64,000 nucleotides of DNA, taken from a virus. The stretch lies in the IMG/VR virus record IMGVR_UViG_3300035459_000118, positions 1 to 64,000 of that record; one strand, 5' to 3'. Below the pieces are notes generated by a model. It saw only the letters and a program-made list of their open reading frames with translations. It did not search any database and was not told the origin of the DNA. The translations under genes were made by a program, and so were the position numbers. Within the stretch, counting starts at the first letter, position 1, and the number at the start of each line of letters is the position of its first letter. Below, one piece after another: positions 28,992-38,601 of this stretch.

Positions 28992-29234
28992 ATGGATACA
29001 ATTTTAATATCAATCCTGGAGGATGGCACTCTTACCGTCAAGACATCGGAAATTTCGGGTGGGAATCACATGAGTGCCGACGCCCTGATGATCGAACTCG
29101 ACAAGATGATGGGTGGCCAGGTTACGATTCAGCAAAACCCTGAAGCGAAAGGCAAAGCGCACCTGCATCATCACGAGCATGCCTTCGCGGGTGGGCATTC
29201 ACACGACGGAGGAAAATCATTCCATAATCATTAA
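28992..29234 (+). CDS. DUF2997-like small protein with His-rich tail
   Basis: ISILEDGTLTVKT..ISG..H motif. Confidence 0.5.
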   Translation: MDTILISILEDGTLTVKTSEISGGNHMSADALMIELDKMMGGQVTIQQNPEAKGKAHLHHHEHAFAGGHSHDGGKSFHNH

Positions 29235-29264
29235 CTAACAAAAAAAAGAAAAGGAGAAAAAATC

Positions 29265-29909
29265 ATGAACAAAAAGTTTTCATTTACAAAAGAAACAAAA
29301 GTTGTTTTCGGAATAACCCTTCGAAGAATTAAAGCAAAAATTTCGTTCGGAACAGTTACCAAAGGAGAACTAGGTGGCTGGATAGAAAAAGAAGAAAACA
29401 TTGATGTATCCGGCAACGCTTGGGTATACGGCAACGCTCGGGTATACGGCAACGGTCGGGTATACGGCAACTCTCGGGTATACGGCAACGGTCGGGTATC
29501 CGGCGACGGTCGGGTATCCGGCGACGCTTGGGTATACGGCAACGCTCGGGTATACGGCAACGCTCATGTATCCGACAACGCTCGGGTATACGGCAACGCT
29601 CGGGTATACGGCGACGCTTGGGTATACGGCGACGCTTGGGTATACGGCAACACTTGGGTATACGGCAACGCTCGGGTATCCGGCGACGGTCGGGAAATCT
29701 CTCCTCTATGCATTTATGCAACACCGTGGTCTGTTTCAGTATCTTCCAAGATGACTATTTCCATTGGCTGCAATTGCCTGACTCCAGAACAGTGGGACAA
29801 ACAAGGACCTCAACTAGCCAAACAAAATGGTCTTACAAAAGACCAAATCGCAGAATACAAATTGCACATCGAATTCTGCAAAAAGTGGATGGCTATTTAC
29901 TGCAAATAA
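29265..29909 (+). CDS. Hexapeptide-repeat (VYGNAR) beta-helix protein
   Basis: LRRIKA...GELGGWIE then tandem VYGNAx; ends SIGC. Confidence 0.85.
   Translation: MNKKFSFTKETKVVFGITLRRIKAKISFGTVTKGELGGWIEKEENIDVSGNAWVYGNARVYGNGRVYGNSRVYGNGRVSGDGRVSGDAWVYGNARVYGNAHVSDNARVYGNARVYGDAWVYGDAWVYGNTWVYGNARVSGDGREISPLCIYATPWSVSVSSKMTISIGCNCLTPEQWDKQGPQLAKQNGLTKDQIAEYKLHIEFCKKWMAIYCK
29406..29695 (+). repeat. 18-bp tandem coding repeat (gggtatacggcaacgctc variants)
   Basis: About 16 units seen directly. Confidence 0.9.
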
Positions 29910-29999
29910 ATTTACATGCAGAGGATACCCGCTACGGCGGGTATAATGCACAAATCCGGTTCCAAGTCCGGATAAACCAATAAACGAAAGGAGAAACAA

Positions 30000-31449
30000 A
30001 TGAGTGAGGATAATCTTTATTCGTTAGCAAAGACCCTAACAGAACAATTCATGCCTTGCAACATGAAAATCGGAGAAATCACAACTCATCCAGATGGAAG
30101 AAAAGTCAAAATAATTAGTGGCCAATATTGGGGAACATATGGCTTAAGCAACTTCTGGTATTGGAGAGAAGTCCTTCAAGACGGGACCTTATCTGAAAAA
30201 ATTGAACATGGATACGGATGGTAAACAGAAAATAAACAAAAGGAGGAAAGAATGGAATTCGAAGACTACATCGCATACAAGTACGTCAGGATCGATACAG
30301 ATGAATTCCGCTTCACAGAGTTGCTGGCAGGAGGGCCATCTCACTGCGATCTCGTAAAAGAAAATGAGAAAGCTTTTTCTGCCGGCATCATTGCAGTCTA
30401 TCCGGAATACTTTTCTCTCTTCAGCACAGGCAGCACAACACTAAAAATTGGATGGTCACACGAAAGCGATTTTCCTTTACTGGAAAAGATTGTCAAAAAG
30501 AAGTTCAAACCCCAAACATAGGAGAGGATAATGGCCAACCAATTTTCAGACAAGGAAAACCGAGCCTTATTGAATGATCTTAAAGTCAACAATAACCGAC
30601 TCGACACCAAAAGAATTCAAGACATGGTCGTCCTCTGGCCTGGGCTTTTCCCGGGAACCGAACGAAATGAACGATCACTTTTTGAACAAACCAAGAAAAT
30701 AGCAAAGAAAGAAAACTTACCGTGCCTCGTCATCTCTGCTCCAAAAAGGGATCGAAGCAACTGGACCAAACCCGGAACAGTTTCTCCACGAACAACAAAA
30801 GGAAAGATGTTTGAGCAAATCCTAGCCATCGTCCAGGACGAAATCAGACTCTGCATTCCAAAAGCAGCAAAGAGAATCCTCCGGCTTATCGAAATCCAGG
30901 CCGAAGAAAACATCGAACTGAGAAAAGAACTACGCGATCTAAAGTCGTATCAACAAGGGATCAATCAAAAATATCAAACAGAACTATCCAATAAAGGAGG
31001 AAGTGCATCATGAATCCACTGTTCAAACTGATCATGGCTATTTTGGTTTTCTGCCCTCAAATGATGGATGTCTTTTTCAATACCGTATACCAACAGTATT
31101 GGGCTTTGTTGATGACCGGACAAGCATTCGTCGCTCTTGTTCTTTTCCACCAAGCCCTTGACGAATGGCACTCGATTATCCTCAAAAGAAAACTTCAAGG
31201 AAGGAGAGCATCATGGCTTTGCAAATTACGGAGGAGGCTACAAAAAAGACGCCAGACGGGATAATCGAAGTTTCCATCATCCTGAAAAAAGAAGGTTTTA
31301 AAAAACAATATACATACTCCATCCGCTCAGAATACGAGCTGGGACAAGTACGCAAACTAATCCATTGCAGAGCTTACGGAAGGGCATTAAACCTTCTGAA
31401 ACAAAACAACAAACCTTTCACGGATACAGAAGGAGGAAACAAATCATGA
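30000..31449 (+). other. Small hypothetical genes (30000-30224, 30252-30521, 30531-31013, 31010-31264, 31213-31449)
   Basis: Co-directional ORFs with GGAG RBSs. Confidence 0.6.
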
Positions 31450-31661
31450 AGACCAAAAAGAAAATGGGACGACCCCGATCAACATCAGAAAAGAAAGTAG
31501 TTGTCTCGGGGTACGTACCTATCTCTCATTTCAAGGAGATCGCAAAAGCAGCCCATAACCATGGACGCTCAATTAGCGCAGAACTTGACAACCTGATTGC
31601 TTCTGGATTGAAGCATCTCCCTGGCATCCACGTTACTCCAGCAGAGGAGGAAAAATCATGA
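31446..31661 (+). CDS. Ribbon-helix-helix (Arc-like) DNA-binding protein
   Basis: GRPR...VSGYVP...AHNHGRSISAEL. Confidence 0.65.
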   Translation: MKTKKKMGRPRSTSEKKVVVSGYVPISHFKEIAKAAHNHGRSISAELDNLIASGLKHLPGIHVTPAEEEKS

Positions 31662-31939
31662 GTAGGTTCAATCTCCCGATTCAATCAAAAATCTCAGTCA
31701 GCAGATTTAATAGACCAGCAAATCAAGAGCCAATTCACATCCCAAAATGCTACTGGCCCTGTCCCTGCGGAGGGACGGTCCCCAACGCCCCCGAATTCTG
31801 CAAGAAGAGGAAACGATGGACCGAAAGGGCAGGGTGCTTTTGTGTCGACATCCTCATTTGTGACCAATGTGAGAACCGAATGGAGTGTCCGGCAATAAGG
31901 GAATACAATAAAATCTATCCCATAAAAAAACATCATTAA
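31658..31939 (+). CDS. Cys-rich hypothetical protein with two SRFNxP motifs
   Basis: MSRFNLP...SRFNRP; several Cys. Confidence 0.55.
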   Translation: MSRFNLPIQSKISVSRFNRPANQEPIHIPKCYWPCPCGGTVPNAPEFCKKRKRWTERAGCFCVDILICDQCENRMECPAIREYNKIYPIKKHH

Positions 31940-31960
31940 ATCAGAAGGGAGAATCTCAAT

Positions 31961-32368
31961 ATGTCAGGAAACGGAAGGCACATGGACATGTACGCATGGC
32001 TAACGGCATATGTAACGGGAATTGAGGGGATGGTCGAATTCGATGCCCCTGTCCATAGGGATCGAGGGACAACATTAGATCCTGTTAATGTTTTCTTGAT
32101 CGACGACACAGAAACCGAATCCCTTTCTCCCGAAAAAATCCTTATGAAAAGAGAGGCCTACACAAACCTCTCGCAAGAAGCCAAGGAAGTAATAGAAATG
32201 ATCTTCAGGTGCCCACAGGAAATCATGGAATGTTTCATGACTCCGAAATATCACAAAATTAGTAAGAAAAAAATCCTTGAATACCTGATCACAGCTATGG
32301 GCTGGACCCCCAAAAGGGTTTCAAGATGCTTTACGGAGCTGAAAGAATTTTCCTCAAGTTTTGATTAA
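31961..32368 (+). CDS. Possible sigma-factor region-4-like HTH protein
   Basis: SPEKIL...LSQEAKEVI...MGWT..RV....ELK. Confidence 0.35.
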   Translation: MSGNGRHMDMYAWLTAYVTGIEGMVEFDAPVHRDRGTTLDPVNVFLIDDTETESLSPEKILMKREAYTNLSQEAKEVIEMIFRCPQEIMECFMTPKYHKISKKKILEYLITAMGWTPKRVSRCFTELKEFSSSFD

Positions 32369-32381
32369 AGTGGGGTATAAT
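32363..32381 (+). promoter_or_regulatory. Class B promoter-like motif
   Basis: gattaaagtggggtataat. Confidence 0.65.
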
Positions 32382-32476
32382 AAAAAAGCGGGGAGGGAAA
32401 AGAAAAGATAAGACTGGCACCGCCAAAAGCGGACCCGAAGTCCAGATACTATCGAATCCCTCCCCCATTTAAAACT

Positions 32477-33853
32477 ATGAAAATAAAAATCATCGATCCC
32501 GTAATTTGCCAAACCGACTCCCCACAGGTTCTGAAGGAATTCCTATTCACGACCAAGACCTATTGGAAAAAAGGTCAATTCCATCGTGAGAAACTGGAAT
32601 ATCCTCACCCTCTCGTCGATAAAAAAACAGGGGTATTCCTAGCTGGATTTTTACCTCGCGTGCTCAGATCCTGCAAAACACGGGGAATTCCAGTTGAAGT
32701 CGAGGGCGAATTCGAGAAAATAAAATACGACCCGTTATTGATATATCCGTCGATTACCTTATTCCCCGATCAACGAGAACTTGTATCATTGGGGTTTGAA
32801 AAGCAAAGGGGAATCCTCGCCGCACCCACAGGAACCGGGAAAACGGTGCTTTGCTACGCCCTTATCTATCCATTGATGCCATGCAAAGCACTTGTAATCT
32901 GTCCGAGCAAATCCATCCTCACTCAGACCGCAATGGAATTTCAAGACAACTTCAAGATGAAAGTCTCGGTCTATGGAGATGGGAAAAAAGACCTAAGCGG
33001 GGATGTGGTGGTAGCCTTGATCAACAGTCTCAACCAAATGGAACCAGAAGAATATTGCACTCAATTCGATATAGTAATCGTTGATGAAGCACACCATGTT
33101 GCTTCCATCCCGACCGACCGGGAAATCGCCGACGGTAAAATCGGCATGTACTATAAATTCCTGACAGGGTGCCTCTCCCCGATGAGGATAGGACTCACCG
33201 CTACAACCGACAAGGACGGCTCAGAACGAGCCATGGCGGCTGAAGGACTACTTGGCCCGGTGATTGGGCGTTTTACCTTTGAAGACGCTGTAAAAGCTGA
33301 AAGAATAGCGAAACCAAGGGTAAAACTGATAGCAGTCCCAATAAATACCAATATCAGGGAGCTAAGTACATATCACGACATCTACAATATTGGAGTCGTC
33401 TTCAACCGTATACGCAATAACATAGTCACGGATTTCATAGCAGAGCAAGCAAAAGCCGGGAAAACCTCCCTCGCCTTCGTAAAGCTACTGGAGCATGCCG
33501 ATATCCTGGTAAATCTTTTGAAAAACAAAGGGGTGCCCTGCGAATACGTCAGTGGTGAAATCTCCGGAAAGGAAAGGGAAAGGATTAAGCTCCTCCTCGA
33601 ATCCGGAGAAGTCAAATGCGTAGTCGCGACCTCGGCTTGGAGAGAGGGCGTGAACATTCCAAAGCTGGATATGGTTATCAATGTAGCTGGATATTTATCT
33701 GAAAAAACCGCCCTTCAGATGGCAGGTCGGGCACTCAGAGTCTCCGAAGGCAAGGAAGAAGGGGTAATTGTAGATTTCTTAGATTCAGGAAAATACCTTT
33801 CCGAACATTGCGTCCGCAGGCTACTCGTCTATGCCGAACTTGGATGGTTATGA
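32477..33853 (+). CDS. SF2 DNA helicase (UvsW-like)
   Basis: APTGTGKT, DEAH, LTAT, EGVNIP, QMAGRALR. Confidence 0.9.
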   Translation: MKIKIIDPVICQTDSPQVLKEFLFTTKTYWKKGQFHREKLEYPHPLVDKKTGVFLAGFLPRVLRSCKTRGIPVEVEGEFEKIKYDPLLIYPSITLFPDQRELVSLGFEKQRGILAAPTGTGKTVLCYALIYPLMPCKALVICPSKSILTQTAMEFQDNFKMKVSVYGDGKKDLSGDVVVALINSLNQMEPEEYCTQFDIVIVDEAHHVASIPTDREIADGKIGMYYKFLTGCLSPMRIGLTATTDKDGSERAMAAEGLLGPVIGRFTFEDAVKAERIAKPRVKLIAVPINTNIRELSTYHDIYNIGVVFNRIRNNIVTDFIAEQAKAGKTSLAFVKLLEHADILVNLLKNKGVPCEYVSGEISGKERERIKLLLESGEVKCVVATSAWREGVNIPKLDMVINVAGYLSEKTALQMAGRALRVSEGKEEGVIVDFLDSGKYLSEHCVRRLLVYAELGWL

Positions 33854-34737
33854 ACTTCGACATCATTAGATTTCTCGAAGAGTATTCCATTCAGCACAGA
33901 ATCCGTGGGCAAAAAACAACCCGAGGCTGGGTCCAGCTTCAAATCTGCCCATTCTGCGCCGGTGATAACTATTATCTTGGAATCAACACCTCAAAATTAT
34001 TTTTTCACTGCTGGCTATGCCACAAGTCCGGAGAAATGGTCTTCCTCGTTAGAAACCTTCTGGGAGTAGACTATCGGCAAGCAAAAGAAATTGTAGAAAA
34101 ATACGGCGGGATTTCTCTCTCAGAAGAAGAACCTATCAAACCTGCCGAACAAGTCGTAATTCCTGGAATGACAGGGCTTCAACCGATTCATCTCAACTAC
34201 CTACGGTCAAGGAACTTCGATCCAGCCTTCCTGGAACGAAGATACAGGATAAACGCCTGCTATACCGGAGGACGCTTCCCGTATAGGATAGTAATTCCAA
34301 TCTATGACAATGGAAGGCTGGTCAATGCCACCTCCAGGGACGTCACCGGCCAACAGCAAGAACGGTATATGTCCCTAAGAAACGAAGAGGCTGTCGTCCC
34401 TCGCAATGAATGCGTCTACAACATAGATTCGGTTGTCGGTGAAAACGTTCTAATTGTCGAAGGGCCGTTCGATGTCTGGAGGATAGGAGGGGCGACGGTA
34501 TCCCTATTGGGGACGGACTCCAGCATGGCCCAAACAATGAGGATCGTCGCGAAATTACCAAAGAACCTTTATATCATCTTCGACAGTGAGGAACAAGCAC
34601 AAAAGCACGCATCAGAATTGGCCTTTTGCTTCGCTCCATTTGTCAAACACGTCGAGATTGTGACCATCCCGGTCAAAGATCCAGCTTCTCTGTCTCCAGA
34701 ACAAGGGTTGGAAATAAGAAACGAATTAAATTTATGA
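33850..34737 (+). CDS. DNA primase (Zn finger plus TOPRIM)
   Basis: CPFC...HCWLC; IVEGPFD; IFD; KDP. Confidence 0.9.
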   Translation: MNFDIIRFLEEYSIQHRIRGQKTTRGWVQLQICPFCAGDNYYLGINTSKLFFHCWLCHKSGEMVFLVRNLLGVDYRQAKEIVEKYGGISLSEEEPIKPAEQVVIPGMTGLQPIHLNYLRSRNFDPAFLERRYRINACYTGGRFPYRIVIPIYDNGRLVNATSRDVTGQQQERYMSLRNEEAVVPRNECVYNIDSVVGENVLIVEGPFDVWRIGGATVSLLGTDSSMAQTMRIVAKLPKNLYIIFDSEEQAQKHASELAFCFAPFVKHVEIVTIPVKDPASLSPEQGLEIRNELNL

Positions 34738-34748
34738 AAGGAAAACCC

Positions 34749-36599
34749 ATGGAAATCACCGAATTGAAAGAAAAGATCATCTCTGCATCACAAGATTATT
34801 ACTCGGGAAATCCTCAAATTTCAGACGATGAATTCGATGCATTGATCGAAGAACTCAGAACTACCAACCCGGAGGACGAACTTCTAAAAACCATATCGAC
34901 CGGATACTCTTCAGAATTGGATCATTCTGGCGAAAAAGCCAAGCATAAATACCTGACAGTTGGATCTTTGAGCAAAATCAACTCAACCAACTGCGAGAAG
35001 CACTTTGAAAAAAAACCAGGACAATATGTCATCACCAGCAAGATCGACGGCGGCAGTGTAGTCTGTTACTATGGAGACACCGGAAAATTTGAAAAGGCCG
35101 TCACTCGTGGGGACGGAACAATCGGGATTGACTGCACTGCCAAAATGAAATACATTGTCCCAAAAAATATCGGACTATATGACGTGGCGATTCGTGGCGA
35201 AATCACCATGACAAAAGAGATGTTCAATCTTTTCTATCCTGATGCCGCAAGCCCAAGAAACACGGCAATGGGGTTGCTCTCGAAAGACAATCCTACTCCA
35301 GAAGAGCTGCTTCGTCTTTCTTTTGTCTCGTATAACATCTATGGACCGGCAGGGGACAAAGAAATCCCTCCCTATCATAAGAAATCAAAAGTCATGCAAG
35401 ACCTCCACGAAAACGGATTCACCATTGTTCAATATACAAAACTTTTCGACATGGACCCGAGATTTTTGGAGTCCCTTAAAGGCAAGCTCAGCCCAGAATT
35501 TCCTGCGGACGGACTGGTCATCACCAACGAATTAAATAGATTTGAAGAAATTGCCTATAAATTTGTAGCTGAAACAGCAGAAACAACCGTGACAAAAATC
35601 GAATGGGAGACTTCTCGCCTTGGGAATGTTATCCCTGTTATCTATTTCAATCCGGTAAAACTTTCGGGAGCAACCCTGCAAAAATGCTCCGGATTCAATG
35701 CAAAATGGGTCTGCGATAATCGAATTGGTCCAGGGGTCAAGATTATTGTTCACCGCGCTGGCGAGGTAATTCCGGCAATAAAATCCGTTTTCCCAGAAAT
35801 CCCAGGAAGAAGGCAAACAAATAGACCATCTGAATGCCCAGACTGTTCAACCGTGTTGGAATGGGTAGGTGTTAATCTTTATTGTCCGAACAAAGACTGC
35901 TCTAAAAAAGTTGTTTCAAGACTCCTTCTATGGCTTGAATACATGGCTCCAGTGGATTCGCTCGGAGAAAACATCTTGCTTCCATTCCTGAAGGAAATAC
36001 GATGGACTTCCATTAAGGATATTTACAGTCAACGAAAATGGAATGATTTCATCGATAAATTTATCGCCGGACATACGATGCACGCTTGCGAACTCCTATG
36101 GAAAATGCACGACAAACTCTACCAGGAATCGGTTGATCCAGGAAAATTCTTTGCAGCTTTTGGCCTGCCAAGTGTTGGAGGGACAATATCAAAAAAGATA
36201 TCCGAAGAAATTGGGCTTGACCGGTATTTTGAGTATGGTCCCGATACAGCAATGAACCTCGGCAGAATCACAAAACCGGCATTGAAATCCCTATATGAAA
36301 ATTTCAGTTACATGAAAGAAATATACCAACAAATCAAATCCGCGCAAGGCTTTATCAAGAAAGAAAAAAGCGATGGTATCAAAGTTGCCATTACAGGGAA
36401 ATTGTCAAAGCCAAGAAAAGATCTCATTTCGGAATTTGCAACCCATGAAATCGAGGTTGTTGATTCAGTTTCAAAAGGAGTTGCCTATCTCATTACCGAC
36501 AACCCAAATTCAGGGTCAAGCAAAAATACCTCGGCACAAAAGCTGGGGGTACAAGTAGTTTCTGAAACAGAATTCAGGGTTATTGTTAAAATGACGTAA
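34749..36599 (+). CDS. ligA: NAD-dependent DNA ligase
   Basis: ISDDEFD, KIDG, TRGDG, Zn finger, C-terminal BRCT. Confidence 0.95.
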   Translation: MEITELKEKIISASQDYYSGNPQISDDEFDALIEELRTTNPEDELLKTISTGYSSELDHSGEKAKHKYLTVGSLSKINSTNCEKHFEKKPGQYVITSKIDGGSVVCYYGDTGKFEKAVTRGDGTIGIDCTAKMKYIVPKNIGLYDVAIRGEITMTKEMFNLFYPDAASPRNTAMGLLSKDNPTPEELLRLSFVSYNIYGPAGDKEIPPYHKKSKVMQDLHENGFTIVQYTKLFDMDPRFLESLKGKLSPEFPADGLVITNELNRFEEIAYKFVAETAETTVTKIEWETSRLGNVIPVIYFNPVKLSGATLQKCSGFNAKWVCDNRIGPGVKIIVHRAGEVIPAIKSVFPEIPGRRQTNRPSECPDCSTVLEWVGVNLYCPNKDCSKKVVSRLLLWLEYMAPVDSLGENILLPFLKEIRWTSIKDIYSQRKWNDFIDKFIAGHTMHACELLWKMHDKLYQESVDPGKFFAAFGLPSVGGTISKKISEEIGLDRYFEYGPDTAMNLGRITKPALKSLYENFSYMKEIYQQIKSAQGFIKKEKSDGIKVAITGKLSKPRKDLISEFATHEIEVVDSVSKGVAYLITDNPNSGSSKNTSAQKLGVQVVSETEFRVIVKMT

Positions 36600-36623
36600 C
36601 CCATTCTAATCATTAAGAAATAA

Positions 36624-36665
36624 AAATAAAATTTTTAGAAGCGTCACTTTTCCGCTTATATAAAC
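36624..36665 (+). promoter_or_regulatory. Class A promoter-like motif
   Basis: aaataaaatttttag-N17-ttatataaac. Confidence 0.75.
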
Positions 36666-36685
36666 GAAGGGAATAAAAAGGTTGA

Positions 36686-36972
36686 CCGAGGCGGCCTCCC
36701 TCAGAAAGAAAAACACAAGAAATGCGAAGATCCTTTATGTATGGGCTTGAGGTCATCGTCTTTTTAGATGGCCTCGGCCTCGGAAACTGAGTCCTTCGTC
36801 GCTTGTGTTTTGCTTCGATGGCTTTGAGTCCATACATAAAGGATTTTTTATTTTATGACATAAAGAGATCCAAAATTATTGGCCCAAAACCAATAATAAG
36901 TTTGGCCGGAACCCAAATTTATTCTATCCCCTCGATCATCCCTTATGATCACTTTAGGTTTTGGATCTCTTT
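36686..36972 (+). promoter_or_regulatory. Structured leader/attenuator upstream of initiator-like gene
   Basis: 29-bp stem 36730-36758/36816-36844 followed by a U-tract; second 14-bp stem 36862-36875/36959-36972. Confidence 0.6.
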
Positions 36973-36994
36973 CTTTTCTCCTGGAGGTTTCTCA

Positions 36995-38542
36995 ATGATT
37001 CAGTCTCCCCAACTAGAAGCAAGATATCGCGATGCAGAATTACGATCAAGAAACCAATTTACCCCTTCAAATATAACCATCCCAATAGAAGCAGCAATTA
37101 ATCCTTTCCTGTCAAATACAGAAAAACTACTTTTTGGATGGATTGCAAACACAGCAGCATCAAGCTGGGGATGCCAAGATACAAACGAACGTCTTGCAGA
37201 AAAAATGGGAAAATGCCCTCAAACAATTACTAATTGCATCTCAAAACTAAAACAATTTCAATATATCGATACAATAGACAAAAGAGAAGGATATGATCAT
37301 TCCTCAAGGACTATATTGGTTGACCTTTCATACCCGCAAAGATATATGGAGGCAAAAGTATTTTATTACGACAATTATGGGAGTATAAATCTTAAGGAAT
37401 TAAACGAGAAACTCAAACCAATAATCGAAGCATGTCGACAAAATCAGGGTATAAGAAAATTTATATACTGGCATAATCAGGGTATAAAAAACTTTATACC
37501 AAATAATAGTATTAGTACAAGTATAGTAATGAAACCATTTACAGATAATAAAAAGAAATTATCTGTAAATAGGTTTCATATCCGTCCTACGGACGTGTCT
37601 GTCTCATCAACTGAAAATCTTCCTCCTGGGGATATTCAACTTGATCTTCCATTAGAACAACCAAAACTCCCAGTAAGCAGATTCAATCGTCCAGCAAAGC
37701 TAACTCCCAAACCAGTCACTTCTCCCACCGTCAAGCAAGCCAGCGTTGCGATGGATAAGATGTTCTGCCAGATGGCTAAAGATGAACGCGCCGCCCGTCG
37801 AGAAAAGAAAAAGCAAACTCCATTTCAAAGTATCCCCCAAGAAATCCGCATCATGATGGAATCCTGGAAAAGTCTGGGGTTCAAGATCCCAAATCCAGAA
37901 ACGGCGCCAAATACTTACAACAAAGCCATTCGTGCCCTGAAGAAGATTCAAACCGGAACCCTTATCCCCGGAGAAGAAAGAAAATTCAACCCTGACGACA
38001 TAAACAATGCAATGCTTAAATTCTCACAGATTGTGTTTGACCCGGATTATGGACCCAAACAACCAGTAAAAGACCAGCTTGCCAAGATGAGCCTGGAGGG
38101 TTTTTTATTCAACGCGTATGGTAGAAACATCCGATCTTGGTTCCTCAAGTGTCACGAGGAGGAATTAAAGAAAAAGTCAGAGATGATTGAGGATAAGTGC
38201 CCAGAGGTCACTAACCGACTCAAGGGCTATTACGAGAGATATCCCTTGGCTGGAATGAAGAAGCGATTCACAGAGTCCGAAGAGAACAAGTTCCGCTTTG
38301 CGACGGCACGCATTGTCGAGTTTTATGACAAGAAGAAACACCGAATGAGCGGTATCACAAGGGGATACCACGAGATTGCCGATCTGCTCTGCGAGGCTAT
38401 TAGAAAGCAATATGGTGATAAGGTCACGAACATTCATCCAGGATCATTTGCATCATCATTTGCATTCTCTTGCCTGATAAAGCTCATGAATGAGCAGGGC
38501 TACTTCACCGATTATCAGGCAACAAATGTTGATGGGTATTGA
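36995..38542 (+). CDS. Replication initiator-like protein (N-terminal winged HTH)
   Basis: LSNTEKLLFG...GC..TNERLAE...TITNCISKL..FQYI; GGAGGT RBS; precedes the helicase. Confidence 0.6.
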   Translation: MIQSPQLEARYRDAELRSRNQFTPSNITIPIEAAINPFLSNTEKLLFGWIANTAASSWGCQDTNERLAEKMGKCPQTITNCISKLKQFQYIDTIDKREGYDHSSRTILVDLSYPQRYMEAKVFYYDNYGSINLKELNEKLKPIIEACRQNQGIRKFIYWHNQGIKNFIPNNSISTSIVMKPFTDNKKKLSVNRFHIRPTDVSVSSTENLPPGDIQLDLPLEQPKLPVSRFNRPAKLTPKPVTSPTVKQASVAMDKMFCQMAKDERAARREKKKQTPFQSIPQEIRIMMESWKSLGFKIPNPETAPNTYNKAIRALKKIQTGTLIPGEERKFNPDDINNAMLKFSQIVFDPDYGPKQPVKDQLAKMSLEGFLFNAYGRNIRSWFLKCHEEELKKKSEMIEDKCPEVTNRLKGYYERYPLAGMKKRFTESEENKFRFATARIVEFYDKKKHRMSGITRGYHEIADLLCEAIRKQYGDKVTNIHPGSFASSFAFSCLIKLMNEQGYFTDYQATNVDGY

Positions 38543-38549
38543 AATTTTT

Positions 38550-38568
38550 CATTAAAGCCCGGTATAAT
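38550..38568 (+). promoter_or_regulatory. Class B promoter-like motif
   Basis: cattaaagcccggtataat. Confidence 0.65.
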
Positions 38569-38601
38569 AAACCCAGAAGGAACAATCCAGAAAGGAAATA
38601 A

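Noticed and set aside
29406-29695. Possible CRISPR array
   Set aside because: Contiguous 18-bp in-frame coding repeats with no spacers; a common phage hexapeptide-repeat protein.
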